Source: Desulfobacterales bacterium
Lineage (GTDB): Bacteria; Desulfobacterota; Desulfobacteria; Desulfobacterales; JAUYIZ01
Reading direction: 5' to 3'
Length of the DNA: 58,927 nt
Assembly (NCBI GenBank): GCA_030688615.1
Contig: JAUYIZ010000236.1
Coordinates: 1-58,927, forward strand
Shown: piece after piece, positions 1-10,113 of the stretch
How the letters are laid out: each line of letters begins with the position of its first letter
Numbering within the stretch: position 1 is the stretch's first letter
Translations under genes and position numbers: made by a program
Notes under the pieces: generated by a model
What the model was told of the DNA's origin: nothing
The model's input: the letters and a program-made list of their open reading frames with translations, nothing else
The model's database searches: none

Positions 1-282
1 GGGTTTGGCTTTGATGGAAACCCGTTTGTCCCGGAGCAGCTTGATCAGGTCGGCATCCTGGGGCGCATACACCTTGAAGCGGTTCCGGTTGATATCCGAC
101 ACCAGCAGTTCCTGGCCCTGGATGACGACCTCGGCGATCCGGTCGCTGCTGGTCATATCCAGAAATTCCGAGTAGCTGATTTTTGATTCAGCCGAATGCT
201 GCTGGTTAAAAAGGTTGTAGAGCATCACCATCATCAGCGTGATAACAAGCCATAATGCGATATTTTTGTAAAACGGATTCAA
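1..282 (-). CDS. ftsH: ATP-dependent zinc metalloprotease FtsH, N-terminal part (runs off window start)
   Basis: Manual translation from TTG at 282 (AGGAGG RBS at 292-297): MNPFYKNIALWLVITLMMVMLYNLFNQQHSAESKISYSEFL..., a typical FtsH TM1/periplasmic start; downstream of tilS. Confidence 0.9.
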   Translation of the reverse strand, partial: MNPFYKNIALWLVITLMMVMLYNLFNQQHSAESKISYSEFLDMTSSDRIAEVVIQGQELLVSDINRNRFKVYAPQDADLIKLLRDKRVSIKAKP

Positions 283-310
283 TAGATCCAACCTCCTGAT
301 TTTCTATTTC

Positions 311-451
311 GTGCCCATCCATAAATGGCTATTTTCCGCAATACCTGCGTTGGGCTCCGAATTTCAATCCTCAAAATACTAAATGTATTCCTCCGGTTGG
401 AATTCTCGCCCGCCTTGATCTTGCAAAAACTATCTCATTTATGGATGGCAC
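311..451. mobile_element. 141-bp palindromic MITE-like element, type A termini
   Basis: Terminal IRs GTGCCCATCCATAAATG / CATTTATGGATGGCAC; flanking direct repeat TATTTC (305-310, 452-457); core shared with elements at 26579, 43177, 56927. Confidence 0.8.
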
Positions 452-493
452 TATTTCTCAATCTATAACTGTAATTTTAAACATATTTACCCA

Positions 494-1960
494 TTAGGCA
501 AGCAAAAGTTCTGCAGTTAGGATATTTCCCGTATGGGGCCCCACTTTAACGGCGTCATCAATCCGGTGCCCCGCGATCCATACGATTTTCCCCTGGCTGA
601 GCAAAATGGGACATTTTGACCGTTGGGCCCTGGACACCTTGTGGTCGATGAAATAATTTTTTACTTTTTGTGTGCCGGTCATGCCCAGGGGCGTAAACCG
701 GTCACCCGGGCGGACGTTTCTGACGGTCAGGGGAAGATGCAACCGGTCCATGTCCAAAAAAGCAACCCGGCCGCCCGCCCGCGAAAAATCTGGGAGACCT
801 TTTAAACCGGTCCGGGACAGCTTCAAATGAACGCCCGCCTCCTTGATCCAGAGCATGCCCATATCAGAAATCTGATATTCAAAAAAACCGGGCCCGGAAT
901 CATTCAGGCCGGCTTTTAATTTTGGCCGGCCCCCGCGCAAGGGGGTTTTTTCACGGGACAGGTAAAGAATGTCGTCGTTTTTATGGGCCCGAATACGGGC
1001 CGGAAGGTCAATACTGCCCCGGTCCGGCCCCCGGGTAATAAATTCTATAATCATATCGACATGTTGATAAGTTATCCGTTTTAAATCCCCTTTGATTTTG
1101 ATCAGCGCCATCCGGATCATGCGTCGTGCTGCGGCCCCGTGGACATTCAACAGTTTCGGCACCGAGAGGCTTATGGATGTCTTCCGGGCCTGGATCAGCG
1201 CATTTTCAAAAAGCGGCGCAACCGTCTCATGGGCCCAGTGATCCTCGGACCTCATGACTTCGGCCAGCCGGTTTAGGGTCTGGACGATCCGGGGATTGTA
1301 GTGCTGCTGAATATGCGGAATCAAATGCTGCCGGATTCTGTTTCGCGTCCGGACCGGGTCCTTGTTGGAGGCGTCCAGGTGGTATGGGATGGCATTTGCG
1401 CGCAAAAACTCCAGCAGCTCGGACCGGGACGTCCGGATCAGCGGCCGGATGTACTTGTCCTCCCGCGTCGGGGGAATGCCGGAAAGCCCGAGGGGGCCGC
1501 TGCCCCTGAAAAGGGCCATCAGAACAGTTTCAGCGTTATCTTCCATGTGATGGGCCAGGGCGATGCGGTTGAAATTGTTCTGCCGGGCGGTTTCTTCAAA
1601 AAACAGGTAGCGAAGATGCCGGGCGGCCTCTTCCATGGAAAGCTTGTTTTGGTCCTGGTATTGGCGGACATCCAGTTTTTTCATAAAAAAGGGCAATCCA
1701 TATTTTTTTGCAAGGCAAGCAACGAAACGCGCCTCTTTTTCAGATGCCCGGGGGCGAAGACCGTGATTGAGATGGGCAATCCCAAGTGTTAAGGCGTACT
1801 TGGGGACCAGGGGCAGCAAAAGATGCAACAGAGACACCGAATCCGGTCCTCCGGACACGCAGACCAGTGCGGCATCCCCCACATTGAGCATTTTATGGTC
1901 TGTAATGGTCTGTTCAACAATACGTAATAGCTCGTTATAACCTTTGAGCGATGCTGGCAT
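494..1960 (-). CDS. tilS: tRNA(Ile)-lysidine synthetase
   Basis: PP-loop SGGPDS, AHLNHGLR, AHHMEDNAET, IRPL, RNRIR motifs; C-terminal TilS domain; true start may be slightly downstream. Confidence 0.95.
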   Translation of the reverse strand: MPASLKGYNELLRIVEQTITDHKMLNVGDAALVCVSGGPDSVSLLHLLLPLVPKYALTLGIAHLNHGLRPRASEKEARFVACLAKKYGLPFFMKKLDVRQYQDQNKLSMEEAARHLRYLFFEETARQNNFNRIALAHHMEDNAETVLMALFRGSGPLGLSGIPPTREDKYIRPLIRTSRSELLEFLRANAIPYHLDASNKDPVRTRNRIRQHLIPHIQQHYNPRIVQTLNRLAEVMRSEDHWAHETVAPLFENALIQARKTSISLSVPKLLNVHGAAARRMIRMALIKIKGDLKRITYQHVDMIIEFITRGPDRGSIDLPARIRAHKNDDILYLSREKTPLRGGRPKLKAGLNDSGPGFFEYQISDMGMLWIKEAGVHLKLSRTGLKGLPDFSRAGGRVAFLDMDRLHLPLTVRNVRPGDRFTPLGMTGTQKVKNYFIDHKVSRAQRSKCPILLSQGKIVWIAGHRIDDAVKVGPHTGNILTAELLLA

Positions 1961-2324
1961 GGATCAGCTCGGAAACTTTTTTATCCCACACGCCAAAAAC
2001 GCCGGAGCGAACGGAAACTTCGGTGATCTTTGGCGCGATACTTGTAATGGTTACCACAACCGGTGTCTCGTCGTTGCGCTTGGCGTCTAATCGGGCGCTT
2101 ATTTTATCTGCTGTTTTTTCAGTGATCTTAATCTGCAGGCTGTCCAGCGCTTCAATGCTCAGGTTGAGGATCTTATCATAGGGCTCCGCATAGGTTCTTT
2201 TCAGCTCGCCTTTAAAATAGCTGTACATACCGGAGCCGACCACCGCCCCGCCGACCAGCAGTTCGCAACCCGATATCACCAGACCACAGAAAAACAACAG
2301 AACGATTGCATTTTTTCGCATCAT
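1935..2324 (-). CDS. DUF3568-like lipoprotein
   Basis: Lipobox ISGC, Gly-rich segment, C-terminal TEVSVRSGVFG..D..SELIH..I..RL pattern. Confidence 0.7.
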   Translation of the reverse strand: MMRKNAIVLLFFCGLVISGCELLVGGAVVGSGMYSYFKGELKRTYAEPYDKILNLSIEALDSLQIKITEKTADKISARLDAKRNDETPVVVTITSIAPKITEVSVRSGVFGVWDKKVSELIHASIAQRL

Positions 2325-2402
2325 GGGCGCACCTTTTTTGTTTTTTACAAAACCGTCAATATTTATGTCACGATCGTCCTAATATGTCAACAAAAAATCA
2401 GG

Positions 2403-2449
2403 GTAACCGTTCACGGTTTACAGTTATCGGTTCGCGGTTAAAAAAACTG
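2403..2449. repeat. Heptamer-repeat element, left arm only
   Basis: GTAACCGTTCACGGTTTACAGTTATCGGTTCGCGGTTAAAAAAACTG, identical to 11297-11343. Confidence 0.85.
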
Positions 2450-2500
2450 AAGTTAGCGGAGAATCATGGAGTCTTCTTTGGAATCAATAACCAAAATGCT

Positions 2501-3682
2501 TCAATCGTTGCAAAGCTCAAACAGGGCGGCGGCCCCCATGCCCCCGCCCACACACATGGACACCACACCGTATCTGACCCCGCCCCGCTGCATATTGGCC
2601 AGCAGGGTCGCGCACAATTTCGCGCCGGTGCATCCTAAAGGGTGACCTAAAGCAATGGCGCCGCCGTGGATGTTTACCTTGTTGCTGTCGATTTTAAGCT
2701 CCCGGATGCAGTACAGGGACTGGGAGGCGAAGGCTTCATTGATTTCAAAAAGGCCGATATCTGAAATCTTCATACCGGCCAGATCCATAAGTTTGGGTAT
2801 GGCGTATCTGGGGCCGACCCCCATCTCCCCGGGCCGGCAGCCGACGGTGGCGTAATGTTTCAATCTGGCAACGGGGGTTATGTCCAGCTCCCGCAGCTTG
2901 TTTTCACTCATGATGACCGATGCCGCTGCGCCGTCGGTCATCTGGGAGGAGTTCCCGGCGGTCACACTGCCCCCTGCGGCAAATACGGGCTGAAGTTTGG
3001 CCAGGGTCTCCAAGGTGGTGCCGGGACGTATGCCGTCGTCTGCATGGACCAGGAAACTTTCTTTCTTAAACGTGCCGTCATCCTTTTGGACGTATTGGGC
3101 CGCGGGGGTCGGCACAATTTCCGCAAACAGGTTGTTTTTCACGGCCCGGACGGCCTTTGCCTGGGATTGGCAGGAAAATTCATCCTGTTGTTCCCTGGAA
3201 ACATGGTAGGCCCGGGCAATGTTCTCCGCGGTAATTCCCATGGAAACATAAAGCTCCGCGTGCTTTCGGGCATATTCCGGATGGGGCCGGGCAATATTGC
3301 CGGGCATGGGAACATACGTCATGGATTCGACGCCGCCGCCGATGACGATGTCGGACCAGCCCGCCATCACCCGCAGGGATGCCAGCGCAATCGCTTCAAT
3401 GCCGGACGCGCAGAATCTGTTCACGGTGGCGCCGGAAACTTCCACCGGGAAACCGGCCATCTGGGAAGCCACCCGGCCGATATTCAGGCCCTGCTCGGCT
3501 TCCGGAAATGCACAGCCGATCATGACATCTTCAACATCTTCTTTTTTCAGGTTCGGGGTTTTCCCCACGGCGCCGGAGAGGATGAATGAAAGCAGGTCCT
3601 CGGGACGGGTGTCCTTAAAGGCGCCTTTATTCTGTTTGCAGCCCGGCGTTCGAATGGATGTGACGATGTAGGCGTCTCTCAT
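2501..3682 (-). CDS. fadA: Acetyl-CoA C-acyltransferase (thiolase)
   Basis: NRFCASG, NEAFA, GGAIALGHPLG, SMCVGGGMG thiolase motifs. Confidence 0.93.
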   Translation of the reverse strand: MRDAYIVTSIRTPGCKQNKGAFKDTRPEDLLSFILSGAVGKTPNLKKEDVEDVMIGCAFPEAEQGLNIGRVASQMAGFPVEVSGATVNRFCASGIEAIALASLRVMAGWSDIVIGGGVESMTYVPMPGNIARPHPEYARKHAELYVSMGITAENIARAYHVSREQQDEFSCQSQAKAVRAVKNNLFAEIVPTPAAQYVQKDDGTFKKESFLVHADDGIRPGTTLETLAKLQPVFAAGGSVTAGNSSQMTDGAAASVIMSENKLRELDITPVARLKHYATVGCRPGEMGVGPRYAIPKLMDLAGMKISDIGLFEINEAFASQSLYCIRELKIDSNKVNIHGGAIALGHPLGCTGAKLCATLLANMQRGGVRYGVVSMCVGGGMGAAALFELCND

Positions 3683-3700
3683 TTTTTTCCTCCGGAAAAT

Positions 3701-3842
3701 CCGTTTACAGTTACCGGTTTACAGTTTACGGTTTTTAATCTCCCTGCAGCAGGCAGCGGGAGCTTCAATTCATACTTTCGAATCCTTCCGCTACCTTCTG
3801 CTTTTACACCGTGAACCGCTAACTGTAAACCGTGAACGATTA
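3701..3842. repeat. Heptamer-repeat inverted arms around a ~70-bp spacer
   Basis: GTTTACAGTTACCGGTTTACAGTTTACGG ... CCGTGAACCGCTAACTGTAAACCGTGAAC. Confidence 0.75.
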
Positions 3843-3893
3843 GGTGATTTTTTAGCAAAACAGCTTTGTGCGAAGCCGTCGAGCCTGAGTTGC

Positions 3894-6299
3894 CTAATTT
3901 CTTAGCGGTTTGCCGGTCTCCAGCATATGCTTGACCCTGGCAAGGGTCTTTTCTTCCTGCCAGAAATCGATAAACGCTTCCCTTTCCAGGGCCAGGATGA
4001 CTTCTTCATCCACCTGGCTGTTGTCCCGGACATCGCCGCCGGCAATGACGAAGGCAATCCGCCGGGCGAGAAACGCATCATACTCGGTAATGAATTTGCC
4101 TTCGAGCATGTTGTGAAGTTCCGCTTCCACGAGACCCTGAGCGGCTTGGCCCATGACTTGAATTTTTCGCTTTACCGGCGGCGCATAACCGTCTGCTATC
4201 ATCCGCAAGACCTCTTTTTTCGCTTCACCGATTAGAAAATCCCGGTTGAAAACGATCCGGTCCCGGGGTCCGAGAAAACCGTTTTTCCGCGCGTCGGCCG
4301 CGGAGGCGGAAACCCGGGCCAGGCTGATGGACGTGAAAACCGGGACGAACAGTTTTGCCAGATCCACTTTTGCGACGGTTGCGGGAAGGGTGCAGAGAAA
4401 TTTTTTCCACAAGTTCAGGCACCCGCCGCCTGCCGGCAGAAGGCCCACGCCGATTTCCACCAGCCCCATGTAAAGCTCGGCATGGGCGACGATCCGGTCC
4501 GCGCCCAGGCAGACTTCGCAGCCGCCGCCCAGGGCCATGCCGTAGGGCGCCGCCACGACGGGCAGGCTGGAATATCTGGCGGTTTGAATGCCCTCCTGTC
4601 CTTTCCGGACAAACGCCTCCATTTGCGCATATTTTTTTTCCCCGGCCAGGGCCGCCATGTATTTGAGGTCGCCACCGGCGGAGAAAGCGCCCGGCACGTC
4701 GCCGGTTTGACTGCCGATGACGATTCCTGCGGCGTTCCGCCGGGCATAGTCGAAACTTTCCTGAATAAAGTCCACGATCTCTTCCTGGATCAGATTGAAA
4801 CGGGTGTGAAATTCGATACACCAGACCCCGTCACCCAGGTCGATCAAAGAAGCGCTGCGGCAGGTGTTCACCACCTTGTTGTTCCGTTTGAGCCGCTTTA
4901 AGTCGATCACGTTGCGGTTCACGGGCGCCGGCCGATAATCCCGGGTGGTAAAGTCATAGAACAGGGTTTTATTCTTTTGGACCCGGTAAAAGGACGAATG
5001 GCCGGACGCGAGCATCTGGTTGACGTTGTCCGGAACAACAAACCCGTCCTGCCGCATTTTCCGCACCGATGGTTCTAAACCGATGGCGTCCCAGGTCTCG
5101 AAAGGGCCCATCTGAAAATTGTATCCCCATTTCATCGCGTTGTCGGCCTCCAGGACGGTGGCGGCAATTTCGGGGATTCTGCCGGCGGCATATATGAGAT
5201 GGGATGCCAGGACTTTCCATGCATATCGGGCCCCCTTGTCCTGGCCGAAGACCACGGTTTTCATCTTATCCGGCAGCGATTCGGCTTTGCCTGCTGCCAG
5301 CAGGCAGTCAAAGGCGGGCGTATCGTAGGGTTCGTATTCCAGGGTTTCCGGGTTGATGACCTTGCGCAGGACCTTGCCGTCCCGGGTGAGTTCTGTTTTA
5401 TAAAACCCCGCGCGGGTCTTTTGGCCCAGGAGATTTTTTTGGATCATCTGCTGCACAAAATCCGGCAGTATGAAACAATCCCTGCTTTCGTCATGGGGCA
5501 CCAGATCATGGGTGTGCCCGGCGATCTGGCCCAGGGTGTCCAGCCCCACCAGATCGGCGGTTTTAAACATGGCCGTCTTGGGCCTTCCCATAACCGGGCC
5601 GAAAAGCGCGTCCACCTCGGGGATGGTGAGGCCTTCTGCCAGCATAACCCGGATGGCCAGGATCATGGCATGGAGCCCGATCCGGTTCCCGATGAAGCTG
5701 GGCGTGTCTTTGGCCTGCACAACGCCCTTGCCCAGCCGGTATTGGGCAAAATCGGCCATAAACCCGATTATATCCGGCCGGGTGGCTTTCCCGGGGATAA
5801 TTTCGATCAGCTTCATATACCTGACCGGGTTAAAAAAATGCATGCCGAGGAAGTATTCCTGGAAGTCCTGCCCCAATCCCCGGGACATGGATTTCAGGGG
5901 AATTCCCGAAGTGTTGGTGGAAACCACCGTGTCCGGGCGCCTGACGGTTTCGATGCGTTTTAACAGGGCCTGTTTTATCTTCAGGTTTTCCACCACCGCT
6001 TCGACGATCCAATCGCAGGTGGAAAGCCTGTCAAGGTCATCTTCCAGGTTGCAGAGTTTGACGCGGTCCGCATCGGCAGGGTCCATGAACAACGGCGGCG
6101 CGGCCGCAAGCGCGCTGTCCAGGCCGGCTTTGGCCAGCCGGTTTCTGGCCGCCGTGTCGCTTTTTCCAGCTTCCTTTACATCTGCCGGCACCATATCATA
6201 CAGCAGCGTCCGGATTCCGGCGCTTGCCAGGTGAGCGGCGATGCCGCGTCCCATGATCCCGGCGCCGATGACCGCTGCCCGGGTAATTTTCCGAATCAT
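3894..6299 (-). CDS. fadN: 3-hydroxyacyl-CoA dehydrogenase / enoyl-CoA hydratase (FadN-type)
   Basis: GAGIMG Rossmann motif, HFFNP, C-terminal crotonase (GGGCE, GLVE.GVGL.P), ends TGKPLRN; upstream of thiolase. Confidence 0.9.
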   Translation of the reverse strand: MIRKITRAAVIGAGIMGRGIAAHLASAGIRTLLYDMVPADVKEAGKSDTAARNRLAKAGLDSALAAAPPLFMDPADADRVKLCNLEDDLDRLSTCDWIVEAVVENLKIKQALLKRIETVRRPDTVVSTNTSGIPLKSMSRGLGQDFQEYFLGMHFFNPVRYMKLIEIIPGKATRPDIIGFMADFAQYRLGKGVVQAKDTPSFIGNRIGLHAMILAIRVMLAEGLTIPEVDALFGPVMGRPKTAMFKTADLVGLDTLGQIAGHTHDLVPHDESRDCFILPDFVQQMIQKNLLGQKTRAGFYKTELTRDGKVLRKVINPETLEYEPYDTPAFDCLLAAGKAESLPDKMKTVVFGQDKGARYAWKVLASHLIYAAGRIPEIAATVLEADNAMKWGYNFQMGPFETWDAIGLEPSVRKMRQDGFVVPDNVNQMLASGHSSFYRVQKNKTLFYDFTTRDYRPAPVNRNVIDLKRLKRNNKVVNTCRSASLIDLGDGVWCIEFHTRFNLIQEEIVDFIQESFDYARRNAAGIVIGSQTGDVPGAFSAGGDLKYMAALAGEKKYAQMEAFVRKGQEGIQTARYSSLPVVAAPYGMALGGGCEVCLGADRIVAHAELYMGLVEIGVGLLPAGGGCLNLWKKFLCTLPATVAKVDLAKLFVPVFTSISLARVSASAADARKNGFLGPRDRIVFNRDFLIGEAKKEVLRMIADGYAPPVKRKIQVMGQAAQGLVEAELHNMLEGKFITEYDAFLARRIAFVIAGGDVRDNSQVDEEVILALEREAFIDFWQEEKTLARVKHMLETGKPLRN

Positions 6300-6425
6300 A
6301 TTGCCTCCCCTGCAAAAAAAATCTTGATGCTTGTGCCGTAAGGCCGTTGCGCCCTCTTTTTCATTTTTGTTTATTTTCAGCGTGTGTTATGATACGTCAT
6401 TATATCTTAACAAAAATCAGCCGAA

Positions 6426-6755
6426 TTGGTAAGACAAATAAAAGGATGCCGTCTCGTGCCTGTGGAAAACGATGTGGTTCTGATTTATCTGGAAGACAAG
6501 CCTCTGGCTTTTGCGCGCATCGAGGATATTTCCCGGGACGCCAAAGCCGGCTGGTATCAGGTCAAACTGCTTTTTCTGCAGGTGCCGCTGCGGGCCCTGA
6601 CATGGATATTGAGAGATGTTTACATAGACGGCGCTGAATTTACCATGGATGGGAAAAGGATGCGCCTGGAAAAAGTGGTGTGCCCGGAAGAGAAAACAGA
6701 AGAAAAGAAACCCCCGGCCCGGGTAATTTCCCTGGCGGACCGAAAGAAAAAGTAA
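6426..6755 (+). CDS. Conserved hypothetical protein (start uncertain, possibly GTG near 6462)
   Basis: Protein-like ORF heading the DUF1848-dusB run; C-terminal ARVISLADRKKK. Confidence 0.65.
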   Translation: MVRQIKGCRLVPVENDVVLIYLEDKPLAFARIEDISRDAKAGWYQVKLLFLQVPLRALTWILRDVYIDGAEFTMDGKRMRLEKVVCPEEKTEEKKPPARVISLADRKKK

Positions 6756-6771
6756 TTCTCCCTGTCTGAAC

Positions 6772-7656
6772 ATGGCCCCTTCCCGTCAAATCGTTATTTC
6801 AGCTTCACGGCGCACCGACATCCCCGCATTTTATATGCCCTGGTTCATGGAGTCGATGCGGCGGGGGTTTTTTGAAGTCGTCAATCCCTACAACCGGCAT
6901 GTGTCCCGGGTGGCGGCCACGCCGGATACCGTGCATACCATCGTGTTCTGGTCGAAAAATTTCGGTCCCTTTCTGGACGGCCGTTTCGGGGAAAAGTTAC
7001 AGGGAGCCGGATACAATCTTTTTTTCAACTTCACGATCAATTCCGTTGACTGGCAGATGGAACCCAACATCCCGGCTTTAAACGACCGCCTGGATCAACT
7101 GGCACATATCAGCCGGCAATTCGGCGCCCATGCGGTCCGCTGGCGATTCGACCCCATCTGTGTCTATGCCCTGGACGGGCGGGTGCGGGACAACCTTGCC
7201 GATTTTTCGCGCATTGCCGCCGCGGCCGCCCGATGCGGTCTTACAAAGTGCGTCACAAGCTTCGTGGACGATTATGCCAAAATCCAAAGACGTCTGAAAT
7301 CGCGTGCGGGGTTTTCCTTTATATTCCCGTCCCTGGAACAAAAAATAAAAATCGTGCTGGAAATGAACCGGCTCCTGGAACCCATGGATATTCAACTGAA
7401 TACCTGTTGCGAGAGGCAACTGATGGAAAACCTTCCCCCGGGCAGCGGGGTCGAAAAAAATTCCTGTGTGCCCAACGATTTTTTAGCCGAACTATTCGGG
7501 GGGCAGCTTTCCCGCAAAAAAGACCCGGGCCAGCGTCTCGATAAAGGGTGCGGGTGTCAGGTTTCGATTGACATCGGGTCTTATCAGGACCATCCCTGTT
7601 ACCACAACTGCCTGTTCTGCTATGCCAATCCCAGGCCGCCGGGGGCCGGCCAATGA
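6772..7656 (+). CDS. DUF1848 family protein
   Basis: ISASRRTDIPAFY, VFWSKN, WRFDPI, C-terminal CGC..SIDIG.Y..CYHNCLFCYAN. Confidence 0.85.
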   Translation: MAPSRQIVISASRRTDIPAFYMPWFMESMRRGFFEVVNPYNRHVSRVAATPDTVHTIVFWSKNFGPFLDGRFGEKLQGAGYNLFFNFTINSVDWQMEPNIPALNDRLDQLAHISRQFGAHAVRWRFDPICVYALDGRVRDNLADFSRIAAAAARCGLTKCVTSFVDDYAKIQRRLKSRAGFSFIFPSLEQKIKIVLEMNRLLEPMDIQLNTCCERQLMENLPPGSGVEKNSCVPNDFLAELFGGQLSRKKDPGQRLDKGCGCQVSIDIGSYQDHPCYHNCLFCYANPRPPGAGQ

Positions 7657-8642
7657 AAATCGGAACAATTCACCTGAGCAATCCGACGGTGCTGGCGCCC
7701 CTGGCCGGGGTTTCGAATCTTCCTTTCCGCCTTCTGGCCAGGCAGGCCGGGTGCGCCCTGGTCTATTCCGAGATGATCAGCGCCAACGGTCTCGTTTATG
7801 GCTCCCAAAAAACCAGACAGCTTCTGGACAGTACCCCGGAAGAGAAACCCCTGGCGGTTCAGATTTTCGGTGCGGACCCTTACATCATGTCCGAAGCGGC
7901 CAAAATCGTTGAAAATTCCGGCGCCGGCATTATCGATATTAATTCCGGGTGCTCGGTCAGAAAGATTCTAAAAACAGGCTCCGGCTCCGCGCTGATGAAA
8001 GCGCCTGCCACGGCCCGATCCATTTTCGCGGCCGTTTCCCGGGCGGTGAAAATACCCGTGACCGTGAAAATCCGAACCGGATGGGATCCCTCGGGGGATC
8101 AGGCGGTTCAGCTGGCGCTGCTGGCGCAGGACTGCGGCCTCCAGGCCGTTGCCGTCCACCCGCGAACCGCCGGACAGGGATTCCGGGGCAGGGCCGACTG
8201 GTCCGTTATCGCGGCGGTCAAAGAAAATGTTTCCATCCCTGTTATCGGCAACGGGGACATCATGTCCGCGGAAGATGCCCTGAACATGAGAGATGAAACC
8301 GGCTGTGATGCGGTGATGATCGGAAGGGGCGCCATGGGCAACCCGTTCATATTCTCCCAGGTCCTGGCGCGCTTTAGAGGGGAAGAGCCCGTACCGGCGG
8401 GCCTGGAAGAGCGATTTGAAATCATGGTCCGTTATCTGGACGGCGTGGTAGATTATCTTGGCGAACCACAGGCGTGCTGGCAGCTCAGAAGCCGTCTGAA
8501 CTGGTTCGTCAGGGGCATGCGCTGGAGCAGCCATTTCCGGGAGTCCATCAAGCATATCTCTTCCCGGCAGGAGGCCCTGGAAATTATCGAAGCTTATCGG
8601 GAGCGGCTCAGGGATGAAAAAAAAGCTATTGGGGGGGTCTGA
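7653..8642 (+). CDS. dusB: tRNA-dihydrouridine synthase B
   Basis: LAPLAG, IDINSGC, GSGSALM, VTVKIRTGW, IGNGDI, MIGRG motifs. Confidence 0.92.
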   Translation: MKIGTIHLSNPTVLAPLAGVSNLPFRLLARQAGCALVYSEMISANGLVYGSQKTRQLLDSTPEEKPLAVQIFGADPYIMSEAAKIVENSGAGIIDINSGCSVRKILKTGSGSALMKAPATARSIFAAVSRAVKIPVTVKIRTGWDPSGDQAVQLALLAQDCGLQAVAVHPRTAGQGFRGRADWSVIAAVKENVSIPVIGNGDIMSAEDALNMRDETGCDAVMIGRGAMGNPFIFSQVLARFRGEEPVPAGLEERFEIMVRYLDGVVDYLGEPQACWQLRSRLNWFVRGMRWSSHFRESIKHISSRQEALEIIEAYRERLRDEKKAIGGV

Positions 8643-9585
8643 CCGTGCTGTCGACGCGCGGAAGTTTCCCGGAAACCAGGACGGCTTCGGCCCGGTCTGC
8701 CTGAACTGCCGTCAACTTGATCTGCCCGGTCATGGCCCGGCCGGGTTTGAAAAACTTCAGGCCTCCTTGGCCGGCCAGAATTTCCACGCCGTCAAACACG
8801 TCGAATATCATGCCGGGTTTCAGCCCGGAATTTTCCCCGGGGGAAATGACAATCTGATGGCCGTTTACTGCAACGACATAGCCTTTCCAGGGTTGTCCGG
8901 TGATCACCGCGCCTGTTTTTTTTCCCATGGCGTCTGCCAGTTTCGTGACGGCCGCTGTCAACATGGGGGCGGCTTCGACTTTTCCCGCCCCTGAGGAGGC
9001 CGGGACGGCCTCGCCCGCATCAATGGTGTGGGCGAACTCTTCATCGAGCAGCTTGGCGCCGGTTTCCGTGTCATAAATTTCAAGGACCCCCTGTAAATGC
9101 ACCCGGCGGTGGGTTTTTTTAAACCAGAGGAAACCGCTTTCTTCCTCCTGCCCGCTGATATCGATCACGCCGGCAATCACCAGGGCGTTGAAGCCGAATT
9201 GCCTGCCGGTTTTTGCCAGGGTAAAGTTGTCGGCCCACCCGGCGGGCAGTCTGGGGACCGCCATGAGCTGGCGGGGGAATGTTTTGTCCTGCGGCGTTGA
9301 AACAAGCACCGTGCGGCTTTGTCTGTCCACGGATTGAATAAAAGTGTCCTGAAAAGTTTTGGCAAGGTTTTCATCCATGGAAGAATTGGAAACTTCCGGC
9401 CAGAGGATGCCGACTTTCTGGCTGAGGCCCCGGTCCGCCCCCTTGACGAGGCCCGACGCACCGGATTCCCGGGTTTTGGTAAAGACGGCGCATCCGGTCA
9501 TCCAGAAGACCAAAGCGCATAAAACCAGAAAAACAATCCCGTGAGCCCATGGCCGGGGGGAAAAACTCGGGGGGTTACATTTCAT
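8626..9585 (-). CDS. Putative lipoprotein (CsgG/FlgT-like fold possible)
   Basis: ATG at 9585, hydrophobic signal with lipobox MTGC; YDTETG and C-terminal G.N.GLKPG..FDV beta domain. Confidence 0.6.
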   Translation of the reverse strand: MKCNPPSFSPRPWAHGIVFLVLCALVFWMTGCAVFTKTRESGASGLVKGADRGLSQKVGILWPEVSNSSMDENLAKTFQDTFIQSVDRQSRTVLVSTPQDKTFPRQLMAVPRLPAGWADNFTLAKTGRQFGFNALVIAGVIDISGQEEESGFLWFKKTHRRVHLQGVLEIYDTETGAKLLDEEFAHTIDAGEAVPASSGAGKVEAAPMLTAAVTKLADAMGKKTGAVITGQPWKGYVVAVNGHQIVISPGENSGLKPGMIFDVFDGVEILAGQGGLKFFKPGRAMTGQIKLTAVQADRAEAVLVSGKLPRVDSTVRPPQ

Positions 9586-9979
9586 TTTGCTCCTTATTTC
9601 CGGCAATAACCTGGGTTGTGATTCCGCCCCTGGCTGTAAAGCTTCCTGTGATTTCGATCCATTTTGGACCCAGCAGATCCAGCATGTCATCCAGGATATG
9701 ATTGACGACGTGTTCATAAAAGATGCCGACATTTCTGAACTGCAGCAGATAAAATTTGAGCGATTTCAGTTCAACGATCTTCCTGTCCGGGCGGTAGCGG
9801 ATGGTGATGCGGCCAAAATCCGGCAGGCCGGTCATGGGGCATACCGATGTAAACTCGGGCTGTTCGATGGTAATGTCTATGTCCCGGCGGCCTTTGTACT
9901 GGTAGTCAATCACCTCCAGTACGGTTTTGTCTATGATATCCGGGGAGCTGATGGTGTAACCGGTTTTCTTTTCAGGCAT
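9575..9979 (-). CDS. queF: NADPH-dependent 7-cyano-7-deazaguanine reductase (preQ1 synthase)
   Basis: EFTSVCPMTGLPDFG, VELKSLKFY, RGGI motifs. Confidence 0.95.
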   Translation of the reverse strand: MPEKKTGYTISSPDIIDKTVLEVIDYQYKGRRDIDITIEQPEFTSVCPMTGLPDFGRITIRYRPDRKIVELKSLKFYLLQFRNVGIFYEHVVNHILDDMLDLLGPKWIEITGSFTARGGITTQVIAGNKEQNEM

Positions 9980-10024
9980 TTCTTTATCCTATAACTCAAT
10001 TGATCACACAGAAATTTTCTTTTT

Positions 10025-10113
10025 TTTGACAGGATGAACAGGATGGTTTGAATTTAAAAAGCATCTTACAGACATCCGGGTAATATCCAGTCTATCCTGT
10101 TCATCCTGTCAAA
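10025..10113. repeat. Palindromic element with 9-mer ACAGGAT arms
   Basis: Perfect 20-bp IR TTTGACAGGATGAACAGGAT / ATCCTGTTCATCCTGTCAAA; related to 43096-43168 and 56612-56684. Confidence 0.8.
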
